From IMG/VR virus record IMGVR_UViG_3300027808_000009, positions 32,001-96,000 of that record: a DNA stretch of 64,000 bases; one strand, given 5' to 3'. Under the pieces are notes generated by a model. The model saw only the letters and a program-made list of their open reading frames with translations. It searched no databases and was not told the origin of the DNA. This document shows, piece after piece, positions 8,973-19,293 of the stretch (position 1 is the stretch's first letter; the number at the start of each line of letters is the position of its first letter). The position numbers were made by a program, and so were the translations under genes. Origin of the DNA: a virus.

Positions 8973-9254
8973 ATGGAAAATGTAAACCAACAAGAGCAAG
9001 AAGTAGAGTTAACAGCAGAAGAATTAGCTGAAAAAAAAGAACAGATGCTTAAATTCTACACAGAATCATTACCTTATTTAAGAGCACAAGCAGAGTATGA
9101 AAAAACATTGTGTGAAATTGATGAAGCAAGATTCAAAAGAACATCAATCCAGTATCAGTATGCTATGATGGAGCAAAACCAACAAGAGCAACCAACAGGT
9201 TCTGATCATGACATTGACAATTCCCCAAACATTCCTGAGCAAGGACAAAAATAA
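8973..9254 (+). CDS. Hypothetical acidic coiled-coil protein (93 aa; start ATG 8973)
   Basis: The track start at 8940 lies in the promoter-like region; ATG 8973 has an A-rich leader. Confidence 0.65.
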   Translation: MENVNQQEQEVELTAEELAEKKEQMLKFYTESLPYLRAQAEYEKTLCEIDEARFKRTSIQYQYAMMEQNQQEQPTGSDHDIDNSPNIPEQGQK

Positions 9255-9260
9255 TTAGAT

Positions 9261-9623
9261 ATGGCATTAGTAAATCAAGTACAGAAACGTATTGTGATGC
9301 CAAAATGGGAGATAGTTAAGTTTCAGATTTTAACTCATTGCTATACAAAACGTATAGTAGTGAGTGAATCTGACTTAAACTGTTTAACCTTATTAAGTAT
9401 CACTGGTCCAATGGAATTAACACACTTTTGTTATGATGCATCATCAGATGAACAGTTAATTTTTAAGTCACCACAAACAGTAAGAAATTCTATCAACAAA
9501 GCAATTAAGAATATGCTTGTGATAAAAGAGAATGATGATAAAAAGATCATTAAACTCAACCCTGCATTAATGATACAAACAGAGGGAGATGTATTATTAG
9601 ACTATAAATTTTTAGGAAGATGA
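9261..9623 (+). CDS. Putative winged-helix DNA-binding protein
   Basis: Helical pattern SESDLNCLTLL...SPQTVRNSINKAIKNMLVIK followed by a beta-wing. Confidence 0.4.
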   Translation: MALVNQVQKRIVMPKWEIVKFQILTHCYTKRIVVSESDLNCLTLLSITGPMELTHFCYDASSDEQLIFKSPQTVRNSINKAIKNMLVIKENDDKKIIKLNPALMIQTEGDVLLDYKFLGR

Positions 9624-10009
9624 TACCAAGAAAACCTAAAGATCTGTATAAGCAAGTTGCTGAGGATATGAATATATCAGAAACTCTTGTAGATAACTTT
9701 ATGACCTTTTACTATAAAGAAGTTAGAAAGAATCTTACAGAGTTAAAATACTCAAAGATAAACTTAGATGGTTTAGGTGTAATGACTGTAAAGCCAAAAA
9801 CAGTAGAAGGTTTAATTAATAAATATACATGTAGATTTAAAAAATTAAACACTGATACATTTACAAGTTATTTTAATAAAAAAAGAATTGAGACTAAACT
9901 TGACCGTTTAAATTATATTAAGGGTATCTTAGATCAGGAAAAACAATTAAAGGAAAAATTTTTAAAAAGCAAACAAGATGGGAAAGCTGGGAAAGATTTG
10001 GGAGAATAG
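9620..10009 (+). CDS. HU/IHF-like DNA-binding protein
   Basis: KDLYKQVAEDMNISETLVDNFM...INLDGLGVMTVK matches the HU/IHF fold pattern; IHF-like genes are known in crAss-like structural modules. Confidence 0.65.
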   Translation: MIPRKPKDLYKQVAEDMNISETLVDNFMTFYYKEVRKNLTELKYSKINLDGLGVMTVKPKTVEGLINKYTCRFKKLNTDTFTSYFNKKRIETKLDRLNYIKGILDQEKQLKEKFLKSKQDGKAGKDLGE

Positions 10010-10277
10010 AAAGCAAATCATGGAGGGTTTAAAAAACTCTATCATAAGAGATGCCTTTGTAGAAAAGGTAGCAGCAGAAAGACGTGAGGTATGTAATGTA
10101 TGTCCAAGAAAAGATGATGAAGGTACAACCTGTGTTATGAAAGGTACACAACCATGTTGTAATTTATGTGGATGTTCATTATCATTTAAAACAAGATCAT
10201 TATCATCTGAGTGTCCAGACTTAAGATGGCATGCAGTTATCTCAGAAGAAGATGAAGATAAACTTAATACATTATAA
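9978..10277 (+). CDS. Zn-finger protein
   Basis: CNVC...C...CCNLCGC...ECP cysteine pattern. Confidence 0.6.
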   Translation: MGKLGKIWENRKQIMEGLKNSIIRDAFVEKVAAERREVCNVCPRKDDEGTTCVMKGTQPCCNLCGCSLSFKTRSLSSECPDLRWHAVISEEDEDKLNTL

Positions 10278-10279
10278 TT

Positions 10280-10579
10280 ATGGGAGAATGGGTTATAAAT
10301 TCAATTACTGATAATCATATTGGTAGTAATGGTATGGATTTAGGTAGTACAATTACTACTACATCAACTAAATTTGCAATGGGTGGTGGTAATAGTACTC
10401 CACCTTCATATATAGATAGACTTGAGTTAAAAATGTATAAGCAGAGTATACGTATTATTCAACTTGAGAATAAACTAGATTCAGAAGAGTGTGAGAATTT
10501 AAAAAAGATGCTAGAGTCAAATGATGAAGCATCTGTAATATTAGCTAAAGAAATAATTGATAATCTTGAGACAGCATGA
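10280..10579 (+). CDS. Hypothetical protein (99 aa)
   Basis: Clean ORF coupled to neighbours. Confidence 0.6.
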   Translation: MGEWVINSITDNHIGSNGMDLGSTITTTSTKFAMGGGNSTPPSYIDRLELKMYKQSIRIIQLENKLDSEECENLKKMLESNDEASVILAKEIIDNLETA

Positions 10580-11382
10580 GTATAGTATTTAAAGCAGATG
10601 ATCATAGTTATACTAGCATTGAAGGTGAAGAACAAATTCAATGGACTAGTGTAACAAGTCTTATATCAAAAATGAAAAAGCATTTTGATAAAGAGGCAGT
10701 AGCTAAAAAGGTTACTAAAAATTCTAAGTCTAAATGGTTTGGATTAGATCCTAAAGCTGTAATACAAATTTGGGATAATGAAGCATTAAGAGCTACAACA
10801 CTTGGTACATACTACCATAATCAGAGAGAGTCTGATCTGTGCAGTCTATCTTCATTAGAAGTTGATGGTGTTATTATTCCTATTGTACCTCCAGTACCTG
10901 AGATTAATAATTTAAAACATGCACCATCTCAAAAACTAGATCCAGGAGTATATCCTGAACATATGGTATTTTTGAAATCAGTAGGGATATGTGGTCAATC
11001 AGATTTGGTAGAAGTAGTAAATGACAAGATAAACATTATAGACTACAAGACTAATAAGAAGATAGATACAGAATCTTATAAAAACTGGGATGGTATTAGT
11101 GATAAACTACAACATCCAGTATCTCATTTAGATGACTGTAACTTTAATCACTATGCATTACAATTAAGTATTTACATGTATATTATGTTAAAGCACAATC
11201 CTAAACTAAAACCAGGAAAGATGTTTATACATCATGTAACATTTGAATTAGAAGGTGAAGATGAGAATGGTTATCCTATTACCAAGTATGATGACGGAGG
11301 TGATCCAGTTATCAAACAAGTAATACCAATGGAGATGCCATATTTAAAAGAAGAAGTAATAGCAATTTTAAAAAATTTATAA
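10576..11382 (+). CDS. PD-(D/E)XK nuclease (RecB/Cas4-like exonuclease family)
   Basis: LGTYYH, GICGQSDLV, IIDYKTNK and YALQLSIY motifs. Confidence 0.85.
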   Translation: MSIVFKADDHSYTSIEGEEQIQWTSVTSLISKMKKHFDKEAVAKKVTKNSKSKWFGLDPKAVIQIWDNEALRATTLGTYYHNQRESDLCSLSSLEVDGVIIPIVPPVPEINNLKHAPSQKLDPGVYPEHMVFLKSVGICGQSDLVEVVNDKINIIDYKTNKKIDTESYKNWDGISDKLQHPVSHLDDCNFNHYALQLSIYMYIMLKHNPKLKPGKMFIHHVTFELEGEDENGYPITKYDDGGDPVIKQVIPMEMPYLKEEVIAILKNL

Positions 11383-11383
11383 G

Positions 11384-11641
11384 ATGGTACATGTTTGTAA
11401 TGGTGTATTGGAAAATACAAGATTGAATGAGATAACAGGATCAGAGCACTTAGTATTTGTACCTACGTGTATTGATCTAGATTATATAGTTAGTATAAGA
11501 CAATCAGTAAACAATGATAGTGAACCAGAAGAGTATACAGTATTATATACAGATATGGGCACTACTTATTGCATAGATACACCTTATGAAGAATTTCTTG
11601 ATATATTTATAAAATCTAAAGCAGTAAAAAATGTACACTAA
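11384..11641 (+). CDS. Hypothetical protein (85 aa)
   Basis: Clean ORF in the operon. Confidence 0.6.
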   Translation: MVHVCNGVLENTRLNEITGSEHLVFVPTCIDLDYIVSIRQSVNNDSEPEEYTVLYTDMGTTYCIDTPYEEFLDIFIKSKAVKNVH

Positions 11642-12146
11642 ACTATTTGACATTGACAATGGAGTGGTTATACCAACAGAACATTGTTATACTCTAGGTA
11701 CTCTTAAAAATATAATGGATAAATATCCTGATAATTATCTTAAGATATATCAGTATTTATTTTATATGACTTGTCCTAGTCCAGATTCTAATCCATTTTT
11801 TCATACTCCAGAAATAGATAAAGAAGAGATTGTACTACAAGAGATAGAAGCAGATTTTTCAACAGAGGATGAAGCAATCAGAAGAGCAAGAATGTTTTGT
11901 GATGATATGTATAGTACTGCAACATCTAGAGCATATAAAGGTATGGCATCTATGTTAGATAGATTAGCTAGATACATGGAGACTACACCAATTACTGCAG
12001 GTAGAGATGGAAATATAAACTCATTAGTAGCAGCAGCTAAAAACTTTGACCAGATAAGATTATCTTTCAAGGGTGTATATAAAGACTTACAGGATGAGCA
12101 ATCTAGTAAAGTAAGAGGTGGAATTGGTTTATCTTATGATAGTTAA
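11631..12146 (+). CDS. Putative terminase small subunit
   Basis: Helical 171-aa protein immediately upstream of TerL; positional inference only. Confidence 0.4.
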   Translation: MYTKLFDIDNGVVIPTEHCYTLGTLKNIMDKYPDNYLKIYQYLFYMTCPSPDSNPFFHTPEIDKEEIVLQEIEADFSTEDEAIRRARMFCDDMYSTATSRAYKGMASMLDRLARYMETTPITAGRDGNINSLVAAAKNFDQIRLSFKGVYKDLQDEQSSKVRGGIGLSYDS

Positions 12147-12148
12147 TT

Positions 12149-14353
12149 ATGGAAAACATATATACAAATATACCAACCTGGGATAATGGTACATGGACTA
12201 CTACTACATTTGATAGTAGAAAAGATTTTGGTGATTATATAAAGTCAATATTTAAAGAACCTGGTGAGTATGAATTTGATGATAATACTAATACCATATT
12301 TAATTCTGAGTCTACAAGATTCAACAGGGACAAGGTATATTGTGTAGCTCCATTTAAATCTAAGGATTTTATTAAATACTGGGATGACCAGAAAGCTAAA
12401 TGCAGATTAGGTGTAATAGTAAGATCAAAAGATAAGTCTTGGTATCTTACTAGGGATTATTACATGTGGTTAAACTTCTTACCTATCTTTGATAAGGAGG
12501 AGCAAAAGTTTGGATTTGCAAAAATAAGAGATGCTCAATATCACATGGCGTTATATGAAATACTTGCAGAGATAAACTACATGCACGTAGCTATTCTTAA
12601 AAAACGTCAGATAGCATCATCATACTTTCACGCAGGTAAACTTATTAATCAGTTATGGTTTGAAGCAGGGGTTACTCTAAAGATGGGCGCCTCTCTGAAA
12701 GATTATATTAATGAGAAAGGTACATGGAAGTTCTTATCTGAGTACGCAGCATTCTTAAATGAGCACACGGCATGGTATAGACCTATGTCTCCAGACAAGG
12801 TAATGATGTGGCAACAAAAGATTGAGATAAGAAAAGGAGATAGAAAAGCTGAAGTAGGACTTAAAGGTACTATGCAAGGTATGTCATTTGAGAAAGATCC
12901 AACAAATGGTGTTGGGGGTCCGGTTAAGTTCTTCTTTCATGAAGAGGCAGGAATTGCTCCTAAGATGGATACTACATTTGGATATATCAAACCAGCACTT
13001 AAATCAGGTATGATAACTACTGGTTTATTTATAGCAGCAGGATCAGTTGGGGATTTGGATCAATGTGGTCCATTAAAGAAAATGATACTTGATCCTACCA
13101 GTAATGATATCTATCCAGTAGACACTAATCTTATAGATAAGGATGGTACACTTGGTCAGTCAGGTTTATTTATACCTGAGCAATGGTCAATGCCACCTTA
13201 TATTGATGACTATGGTAATTCACTTGTTGAAGAAGCATTAGTAGCATTAGATGAATACTTTGAAGAGATAAAGAGAAACAAGGAAGCTAAAGATTATCAG
13301 CTTGAAGTATCTCAGCATCCAAGAAATATAGAAGAGGCATTTGCATTTAGAAAAGCAGCCAAGTTTCCTCCTCACTTAGTTAATGCACAGATAAGAAGAA
13401 TAGAAGAAAAAGAATATTCATCAGAGCACTTAGATATATCTAGAGATGAGACAGGTAAAGTTAAAGTAAAATCTACAAGTAAATTACCTATATCTGAGTT
13501 TCCTATATCTAAAAAAACAGAAGATAAAACTGGTACACTAGTAGTATGGGAAAGACCAGTACCAGATCCTACATATGGAATGTACTATGCATCAATTGAC
13601 CCGGTTGCAGAGGGTAAGACAACTACCTCAGAATCACTATGTTCCATATATGTAATGAAAGCACCGGTTGAAGTGACTAAGATTACTAATGGTGAACCTG
13701 AGACATTTATAGAAAGAGATAAAATTGTAGCAGCATGGTGCGGAAGATTTGATGATATCAATAAAACACATGAGAGACTAGAACTTATTATTGAATGGTA
13801 TAATGCCTTTACAATTGTAGAGAACAATATCTCACAGTTTATAAATCATATGCTTGCTAGAAAGAAACAAAGATATCTAGTACCAAGAAACCAAATAGTA
13901 TTCTTAAAAGATGTAGGAGCTAATGCTAATGTATTTCAAGAGTATGGATGGAGAAATACTGGTGTACTATTTAAGAATCATATGATCAGTTATACTCAAG
14001 ATTTCTTATCTGAAGAGATAGATCATATACAGAAAGATGATGGTACTACTGTTAAGATACATTATGGGGTAGAAAGGATTCCAGATATTATGTTACTCAA
14101 AGAGATGCAAGCTTATCAAGACGGGCTCAACGTGGATAGACTTGTAGCTTTTGCTGCATTAGTATCTTTCTTGAAGATACAGCAAGCAAATATAGGTTAT
14201 GCTAAGAGAGTTGTTATGGATGATGCAAGTTTAAAATTGGATAAGTCAAAAAATTTGTATAAGATGCAACATTCACCATTCCGTCACATGGGAAGAAGCG
14301 GGTTAGGTGTTAATCAGAAACTAAACAGATCACCTTTTAAAAACTTAAAATAA
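12149..14353 (+). CDS. terL: Terminase large subunit
   Basis: VAILKKRQIASSY (Walker A-like), FFFHEEAG (Walker B) and ASIDPVAEG RNase H-type nuclease motif; upstream of portal. Confidence 0.92.
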   Translation: MENIYTNIPTWDNGTWTTTTFDSRKDFGDYIKSIFKEPGEYEFDDNTNTIFNSESTRFNRDKVYCVAPFKSKDFIKYWDDQKAKCRLGVIVRSKDKSWYLTRDYYMWLNFLPIFDKEEQKFGFAKIRDAQYHMALYEILAEINYMHVAILKKRQIASSYFHAGKLINQLWFEAGVTLKMGASLKDYINEKGTWKFLSEYAAFLNEHTAWYRPMSPDKVMMWQQKIEIRKGDRKAEVGLKGTMQGMSFEKDPTNGVGGPVKFFFHEEAGIAPKMDTTFGYIKPALKSGMITTGLFIAAGSVGDLDQCGPLKKMILDPTSNDIYPVDTNLIDKDGTLGQSGLFIPEQWSMPPYIDDYGNSLVEEALVALDEYFEEIKRNKEAKDYQLEVSQHPRNIEEAFAFRKAAKFPPHLVNAQIRRIEEKEYSSEHLDISRDETGKVKVKSTSKLPISEFPISKKTEDKTGTLVVWERPVPDPTYGMYYASIDPVAEGKTTTSESLCSIYVMKAPVEVTKITNGEPETFIERDKIVAAWCGRFDDINKTHERLELIIEWYNAFTIVENNISQFINHMLARKKQRYLVPRNQIVFLKDVGANANVFQEYGWRNTGVLFKNHMISYTQDFLSEEIDHIQKDDGTTVKIHYGVERIPDIMLLKEMQAYQDGLNVDRLVAFAALVSFLKIQQANIGYAKRVVMDDASLKLDKSKNLYKMQHSPFRHMGRSGLGVNQKLNRSPFKNLK

Positions 14354-15135
14354 TGGCTTGTGTATATGAACATATAAGACCAGATACAAATGCTATTTTT
14401 TATATTGGTATTGGTAAAAAAAATAATAGAGCTTATAGTAAATACAATAGAAATACATATTGGAAAAATATTGTAAAAAAGTGTAACAATACATTTAATA
14501 TTAATATTTTACATGATGCTTTATCTTGGGAAGAAGCATGTGAAAAAGAAAAACAATACATTAAACAATATGGAAGAATTGATAACAGTACTGGTATCCT
14601 ATGTAATATGACAGATGGAGGTGAAGGTATTTTAAATTTACAACACACAGATGAAGCAAAATTAAAAATATCAATTGCTGCTAAAAAAAGATATAAAACA
14701 AAGCCACAGTGTAGAAAAGGACAAAGGTTTGTAAACAGGAACAGTAGAAAAGTTGTAATTATGGATTTAAAAACTTATATTATATATAAGTTTAATACAT
14801 TAATAGAAGTATCTTTATTTTTAAATACAACTGCGTCAAGAGTAAGAAGAGCATGTATTGTAGGTAAATCAATAAAGAATCATTATTTAAAATTTGGGAG
14901 TACTTTTAGTAAACAAGATATTGAACAATTAAAAAATAAAAAGATTTATGATTTATCTGTTATGAATATAAATAGGGATTATTCAGTTGTTCAAAAAAAA
15001 GTAATTAATACTGAAACTAATAAAATTTATGAATCAATAGCTGAGGTATCAAGACTCTATGGAATTAGAGCAAATACATTAAGTAGATATCTCAATGGGG
15101 TTTCTAAAAATAAAACAATATTTAAATTAATATAA
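14353..15135 (+). mobile_element. Free-standing GIY-YIG-type homing endonuclease gene with NUMOD3/NUMOD1-like DNA-binding modules
   Basis: VYEH...FYIGIG...RA...LCNMTDGGEG N-terminal domain; HTDEAKLKISIA (NUMOD3-like); KVINTETNKIYESIAEVSRLYGI (NUMOD1/HTH-like). Inserted between terL and portal. Confidence 0.8.
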
Positions 15136-15136
15136 C

Positions 15137-17890
15137 ATGCAAGTATATAATGCTTTACAGCTTAAAAAAGGAGCCAAAACAGAACACAACAGGTTAGGTA
15201 GTATTACTCAACCATTACAGTTCATACCTAAAAAGGAAAAAGATGATAAGTGGGCTGCTTGGAATCTTGACTGGTTAGAGTGGAATGGTCTTAAACAGAT
15301 TAAAAGAAATGCCCGTAGGTTAATGAAGAACTACAAATTAGCAAAAGGTGTAATTGATAAATCTGATTACATTGTAGAAGAAGACAATGACTACAGAGAT
15401 ATTATTGAGACACTTACTAAAGAAGATGCATCTGCACTTGAGTTAAAGTTTTATCCTATTATCCCAAATGTTATTAATGTTCTTGTAGCTGAGTTTGCTA
15501 AAAGAGCAAGTAAGTTATCATACCGTGCAGTTGATGAAGGTTCCTATAATGAGATGATGGAACAAAAAAGACAAATGGTAGAAGATGTACTTATGTCTGA
15601 TGCAAGTATGAAGATTATTGCTGCAATGGTTGAACAAGGATTAGATCCTGAATCAGAAGAAGCACAACAACAATTAGCACCAGAAAAACTTAAATCATTA
15701 CCAGAGATTGAACAATTCTTTAAAAAAGATTATAGATCTATGGTAGAACAGTGGGCTACTCACCAACATGAAGTAGATGTTGAAAGATTTAGAATGGATG
15801 AGTTAGAAGAAAGAGGCTTCAGAGATATGCTTATTACAGATAGAGAGTTCTGGCACATGCGTATGATGGAAGATGACTATGATGTTGAGTTATGGAATCC
15901 TGTACTTACATTCTATCACAAATCTCCTGATGCAAGATATATATCACAATCTAACTGGGTTGGTAAAACAGACATGCTTACAGTAGCGGATGTTATTGAT
16001 AAGTATGGTTATATGATGAATGAGGATCAGATGGCATCACTTGAAGCTATCTATCCTATTAGATCTGCGGGATATAATATTGGTGGTGTACAAAATGACG
16101 GGTCATTTTATGATGCTACTAAGTCTCATGACTGGAATACTAATATGCCTTCACTTGGTATGCGTCAATATTCTACTGCAGCAGCAAATAGTATTTTCAA
16201 TGGAGGAGATATAGTTAACTATATTCTTAGAGAAGGTGAAGATTATTATGATCAAGGTACTGCATATCTTTTACGTTGTACAACAGCATACTGGAAATCT
16301 CAAAGAAAAGTTGGTCACTTAACTAAAGTTACTGACTCAGGTGAAGTAATAACAGAGATTATTACAGAAGACTATAAAGTAACTGATAATCCTATATATG
16401 ATACAAGACTCTTTAAAAACAAAACTAAAGATAATCTAGTATACGGGGAGCACATAGATTGGATCTGGATTAATGAAGTATGGGGTGGTATTAAAGTTGG
16501 ACCAAATATTCCATCATTCTGGGGTATGAATAATCCTGGTGGATTTACACCGCTATATATTGGTATTGATAAACAAAACATAGGGCCCTTAAGATTTCAA
16601 TTTAAAGGTGATAACTCTATCTATGGATGTAAACTACCTGTAGAGGGTGCAGTATTCTCAGACAGAAATACTAAGTCTACAGCATTAATTGATTTAATGA
16701 AACCATTCCAGATAGGATACAATATTGTAAACAATCAGATAGCGGATATCCTTGTTGACGAACTAGGTACAGTGATACTACTAGATCAGAATGCATTACC
16801 AAGACACTCAATGGGAGAAGATTGGGGTAAGAACAATTTAGCTAAAGCATATGTAGCTATGAAGAATTTTCAGATGCTTCCTTTAGATACCAGTATTACT
16901 AATACAGAGAATGCTTTAAACTTCCAACATTTCCAGAAACTAGATCTAGAACAAACTAGTAGGTTAATGTCAAGGATACAATTAGCTACATATATGAAAC
17001 AACAAGCATATGAAGTTATAGGTATTAATCCACAAAGAATGGGTCAACAACTATCTCAACAAACTGCAACAGGTGTAGAACAAGCTGTAGGTGCATCATA
17101 TGCACAGACTGAAATGTACTTCATGCAACACTCAGATTATTTAATGCCTAGAGTTCATCAGATGAGAACTGACTTAGCTCAATTCTATCACTCAACAAAA
17201 CCATCTTCAAGATTAACTTATGTTACTGCAGCAGATGAAAAAGTAAACTTCCAGATTAATGGTACAGATTTGCTTATGAGAGACTTAAATATATTTGCTA
17301 CAACTAAAGCAAACTATAGAGCAGTACTTGAACAGTTAAAAGGTATGGCTTTAAACAACAATACTACTGGGGCATCTATCTATGACTTAGGTAAATTAGT
17401 ACAATCAGAAAGTATTGCTGAATTAAATACAGTACTTAAAGATTCTGAGCAAAAAATCAAATCACAGAAAGATCAAGAGATGCAACATCAACAACAAATG
17501 CAAGAACAGCAATTACAAGCTAATGCTCAAGCAGAAAAACTTAAAGCTGATCACACAGATCTTCAAGCAGAAAAAGATAGACAAAGAGATATACTTGTTG
17601 CAGAAATTAGAGCTGCAGGATTTGGTGCTACTCAAGATATTAATCAAAATCAAATGTCTGACTTTACTGATAGCATGAGAGATATACAAAAGTCTGATCA
17701 GTTTACAAGTCAGATGAGTTTAGAAAGACAAAAAGAGTCTAATAGACAAGCAAATGATTCTCAAAAAGCACAACTTGAAAGAGAAAAACTACAAGTTCAA
17801 CAATCTATTGCAGATAAACAATTACAAATTGCAAGAGAAAACAAGAACTCATTTGATGTAAAAAGTAAAACTGATAATAAAAAGAAATAA
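15137..17890 (+). CDS. Portal protein
   Basis: 917 aa after TerL; FYPIIPNVINVLVAEFAKR N-terminal motif and Q-rich coiled-coil C-terminal barrel, as in crAss-like portals. Confidence 0.88.
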   Translation: MQVYNALQLKKGAKTEHNRLGSITQPLQFIPKKEKDDKWAAWNLDWLEWNGLKQIKRNARRLMKNYKLAKGVIDKSDYIVEEDNDYRDIIETLTKEDASALELKFYPIIPNVINVLVAEFAKRASKLSYRAVDEGSYNEMMEQKRQMVEDVLMSDASMKIIAAMVEQGLDPESEEAQQQLAPEKLKSLPEIEQFFKKDYRSMVEQWATHQHEVDVERFRMDELEERGFRDMLITDREFWHMRMMEDDYDVELWNPVLTFYHKSPDARYISQSNWVGKTDMLTVADVIDKYGYMMNEDQMASLEAIYPIRSAGYNIGGVQNDGSFYDATKSHDWNTNMPSLGMRQYSTAAANSIFNGGDIVNYILREGEDYYDQGTAYLLRCTTAYWKSQRKVGHLTKVTDSGEVITEIITEDYKVTDNPIYDTRLFKNKTKDNLVYGEHIDWIWINEVWGGIKVGPNIPSFWGMNNPGGFTPLYIGIDKQNIGPLRFQFKGDNSIYGCKLPVEGAVFSDRNTKSTALIDLMKPFQIGYNIVNNQIADILVDELGTVILLDQNALPRHSMGEDWGKNNLAKAYVAMKNFQMLPLDTSITNTENALNFQHFQKLDLEQTSRLMSRIQLATYMKQQAYEVIGINPQRMGQQLSQQTATGVEQAVGASYAQTEMYFMQHSDYLMPRVHQMRTDLAQFYHSTKPSSRLTYVTAADEKVNFQINGTDLLMRDLNIFATTKANYRAVLEQLKGMALNNNTTGASIYDLGKLVQSESIAELNTVLKDSEQKIKSQKDQEMQHQQQMQEQQLQANAQAEKLKADHTDLQAEKDRQRDILVAEIRAAGFGATQDINQNQMSDFTDSMRDIQKSDQFTSQMSLERQKESNRQANDSQKAQLEREKLQVQQSIADKQLQIARENKNSFDVKSKTDNKKK

Positions 17891-17938
17891 CACTTAGCTA
17901 TATAATGCTGAAAATGAAAAAATAAAATCTGCATATTT

Positions 17939-17980
17939 TAAATTTAAGAAGTTTATTTGTAAAAAAAATAGTTATATTAT
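17939..17980 (+). promoter_or_regulatory. Putative late promoter: TAAAT-N7-GTTTA, 17 nt, TATATT
   Basis: Dyad at 17939-17955 and TATATT at 17973-17978, upstream of the scaffold-MCP operon. Confidence 0.45.
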
Positions 17981-18004
17981 TTATAGTAACATAAAGACCA
18001 ACAT

Positions 18005-19261
18005 ATGAATACTGATGAGCAAACAACACAAGATAACACTTCCATTTCACAGGTAGATGTAAACTTGGATGAATTATTTGGAATGCCTGGAGCGGATAAC
18101 GTGATGCTACCAGAAGAGGAAGAAGAGAAAAAATCTCTTTTTTCTAAAAATGAAAAACCTGATTATGATTTTCTTGATAGTAAAACTGGTGTAACAAGTA
18201 AACCAGATACTGCAGAGCAAATTATTACTAAGGAAGAGGTTCAAGAAACAATTGATGAATTGGATGGACTTATTGCTCAGGAAGAAGAAGCAGGTAATAA
18301 AGGTAGACCTAAAGTAGATAAGTCAGGTTTATTTGAGTTAGCTTCTAAGATGATTGAAGAAGGTACACTTTTTGGATTTGATGATGACAAAGATCTAGAG
18401 GAGTATACTACTAAAGATTTTAGAGAGTTGTTTGAAGCTAACTTTCAAGAGAAAGAGAGAAAGATTAAAGAAGATGTGCCAAAAGAGTTCTTCAATGCTT
18501 TACCAGATGAATTGAAAACTGCAGCTAAGTATGTAGCAGATGGTGGAACAGATCTTAAAGGTTTATTTAGAACTCTTGCTCAAGTAGAAGAAGTATTTGA
18601 ATTAGATGCAGATGATGAGAATCACCAAGCAGAAATTGCAAGACAATACTTATACGCTACTAACTTTGGTACACCAGAGGAAATAGAGTCAGAGATTGAA
18701 GACTGGGCAGATGTAGATAAGTTAGGGCAAAAAGCTAGACAGTTTAAACCTAAGTTAGACAGAATGCAAGAAGAGATAGTATCTAGAAAACTTGCTGAAC
18801 AGGAAACTAAAAAAGAACAACAAGTTCAAGCAGCTAAAGTATATACTGATAATGTATATAATGTACTTTCAACTGGAGAACTTGATGGAGTAAAACTTGA
18901 CAAGAAAACACAAAACATGTTGTACAGTGGATTAGTTCAACCAAACTATCCTTCAATATCAGGTAAACCTACAAATATGTTAGGTCACCTATTAGAGAAG
19001 TATCAGTTTGTAGAACCAAGACATGATCTTATTGCTGAAGCACTATGGTTATTAGCAGATCCAGAAGGATACAGAGCTAAGATTAAAGACCAAGGCACTA
19101 AGGTGGCAACAGAAAAAACAGTCAGAATGTTAAAAACTGAGGAGGCTAAAAAGATTTCATCTTCTACAGCACCTGATGAAAAACAAACTACAAGAAAAAC
19201 AACTACAAATAACAGCACAATATCAAGATCATCTGGTAGTGGTATGTTTAAAAGATTTTAA
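18005..19261 (+). CDS. Putative capsid scaffolding protein
   Basis: Highly acidic helical 418-aa protein between portal and MCP, with a basic C-terminal tail. Confidence 0.65.
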   Translation: MNTDEQTTQDNTSISQVDVNLDELFGMPGADNVMLPEEEEEKKSLFSKNEKPDYDFLDSKTGVTSKPDTAEQIITKEEVQETIDELDGLIAQEEEAGNKGRPKVDKSGLFELASKMIEEGTLFGFDDDKDLEEYTTKDFRELFEANFQEKERKIKEDVPKEFFNALPDELKTAAKYVADGGTDLKGLFRTLAQVEEVFELDADDENHQAEIARQYLYATNFGTPEEIESEIEDWADVDKLGQKARQFKPKLDRMQEEIVSRKLAEQETKKEQQVQAAKVYTDNVYNVLSTGELDGVKLDKKTQNMLYSGLVQPNYPSISGKPTNMLGHLLEKYQFVEPRHDLIAEALWLLADPEGYRAKIKDQGTKVATEKTVRMLKTEEAKKISSSTAPDEKQTTRKTTTNNSTISRSSGSGMFKRF

Positions 19262-19293
19262 AATAAATAATATAAATAAATAAATAAAAACAA

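Noticed and set aside
10576-11382. Cas4 / CRISPR-Cas locus
   Set aside because: Generic PD-(D/E)XK nuclease without the Cas4 Fe-S cysteine set; no repeat-spacer array or other cas genes seen.
14300-15140. Group I intron carrying the endonuclease
   Set aside because: terL and portal both look complete, and the HEG abuts them with 1-nt junctions, leaving no non-coding core.
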